Assembly (NCBI GenBank): GCA_964016885.1
Contig: OZ024740.1
Span: 68,696,001 to 68,760,000 of the forward strand
Direction of reading: 5' to 3'
DNA: 64,000 nucleotides
DNA from: Eledone cirrhosa
Taxonomy: Eukaryota
Made by a program: the position numbers and the translations under genes
Notes under the pieces: model-generated
Database searches by the model: none
Seen by the model: the letters and a program-made list of their open reading frames with translations, nothing else
What the model was told of the DNA's origin: nothing
Part shown: in pieces, positions 63,932 to 64,000 of the stretch
How the letters are laid out: the number at the start of each line of letters is the position of its first letter
Numbering within the stretch: the first letter of the stretch is position 1

Positions 63932-64000
63932 CCAAACTCGTCCCATCGACTGATTGCTATCCTACTACAGATATACACTCCAGTGTTATATATATATATA

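Overview
Eukaryotic, AT-rich, microsatellite-dense DNA with no supportable host gene. It resembles an octopus/cephalopod genome, inferred from the tRNA-derived SINE family, the (TA)n density and the retroelement types. Positions ~8.8-52.8 kb and 63.4-64 kb are dominated by Penelope-like retroelements (PLEs: reverse transcriptase (RT) + GIY-YIG endonuclease). There are four Naiad-type copies, two Neptune-like C-terminal fragments and one of another clade, inserted into and nested within (TA)n tracts. The main signal is at RNA level. By eye I count roughly 30 hammerhead-ribozyme (HHR)-like motifs from a dozen or more sequence-distinct families, several with non-canonical cores (U3-A8 compensatory pair, CAGAAGA, GCAA, CUGAUAG). 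Most sit in short non-coding fold-back elements whose two 3' ends point outward into (TA)n, typically one long and one short arm. A few sit in tandem 320-540 bp monomers resembling retrozymes. Also present are decayed CRE, RTE and R4-clade LINEs and about eight SINE copies. 52.8-63.4 kb is ordinary AT-rich intronic/intergenic sequence. All structures were read by eye; ribozyme activity is untested.
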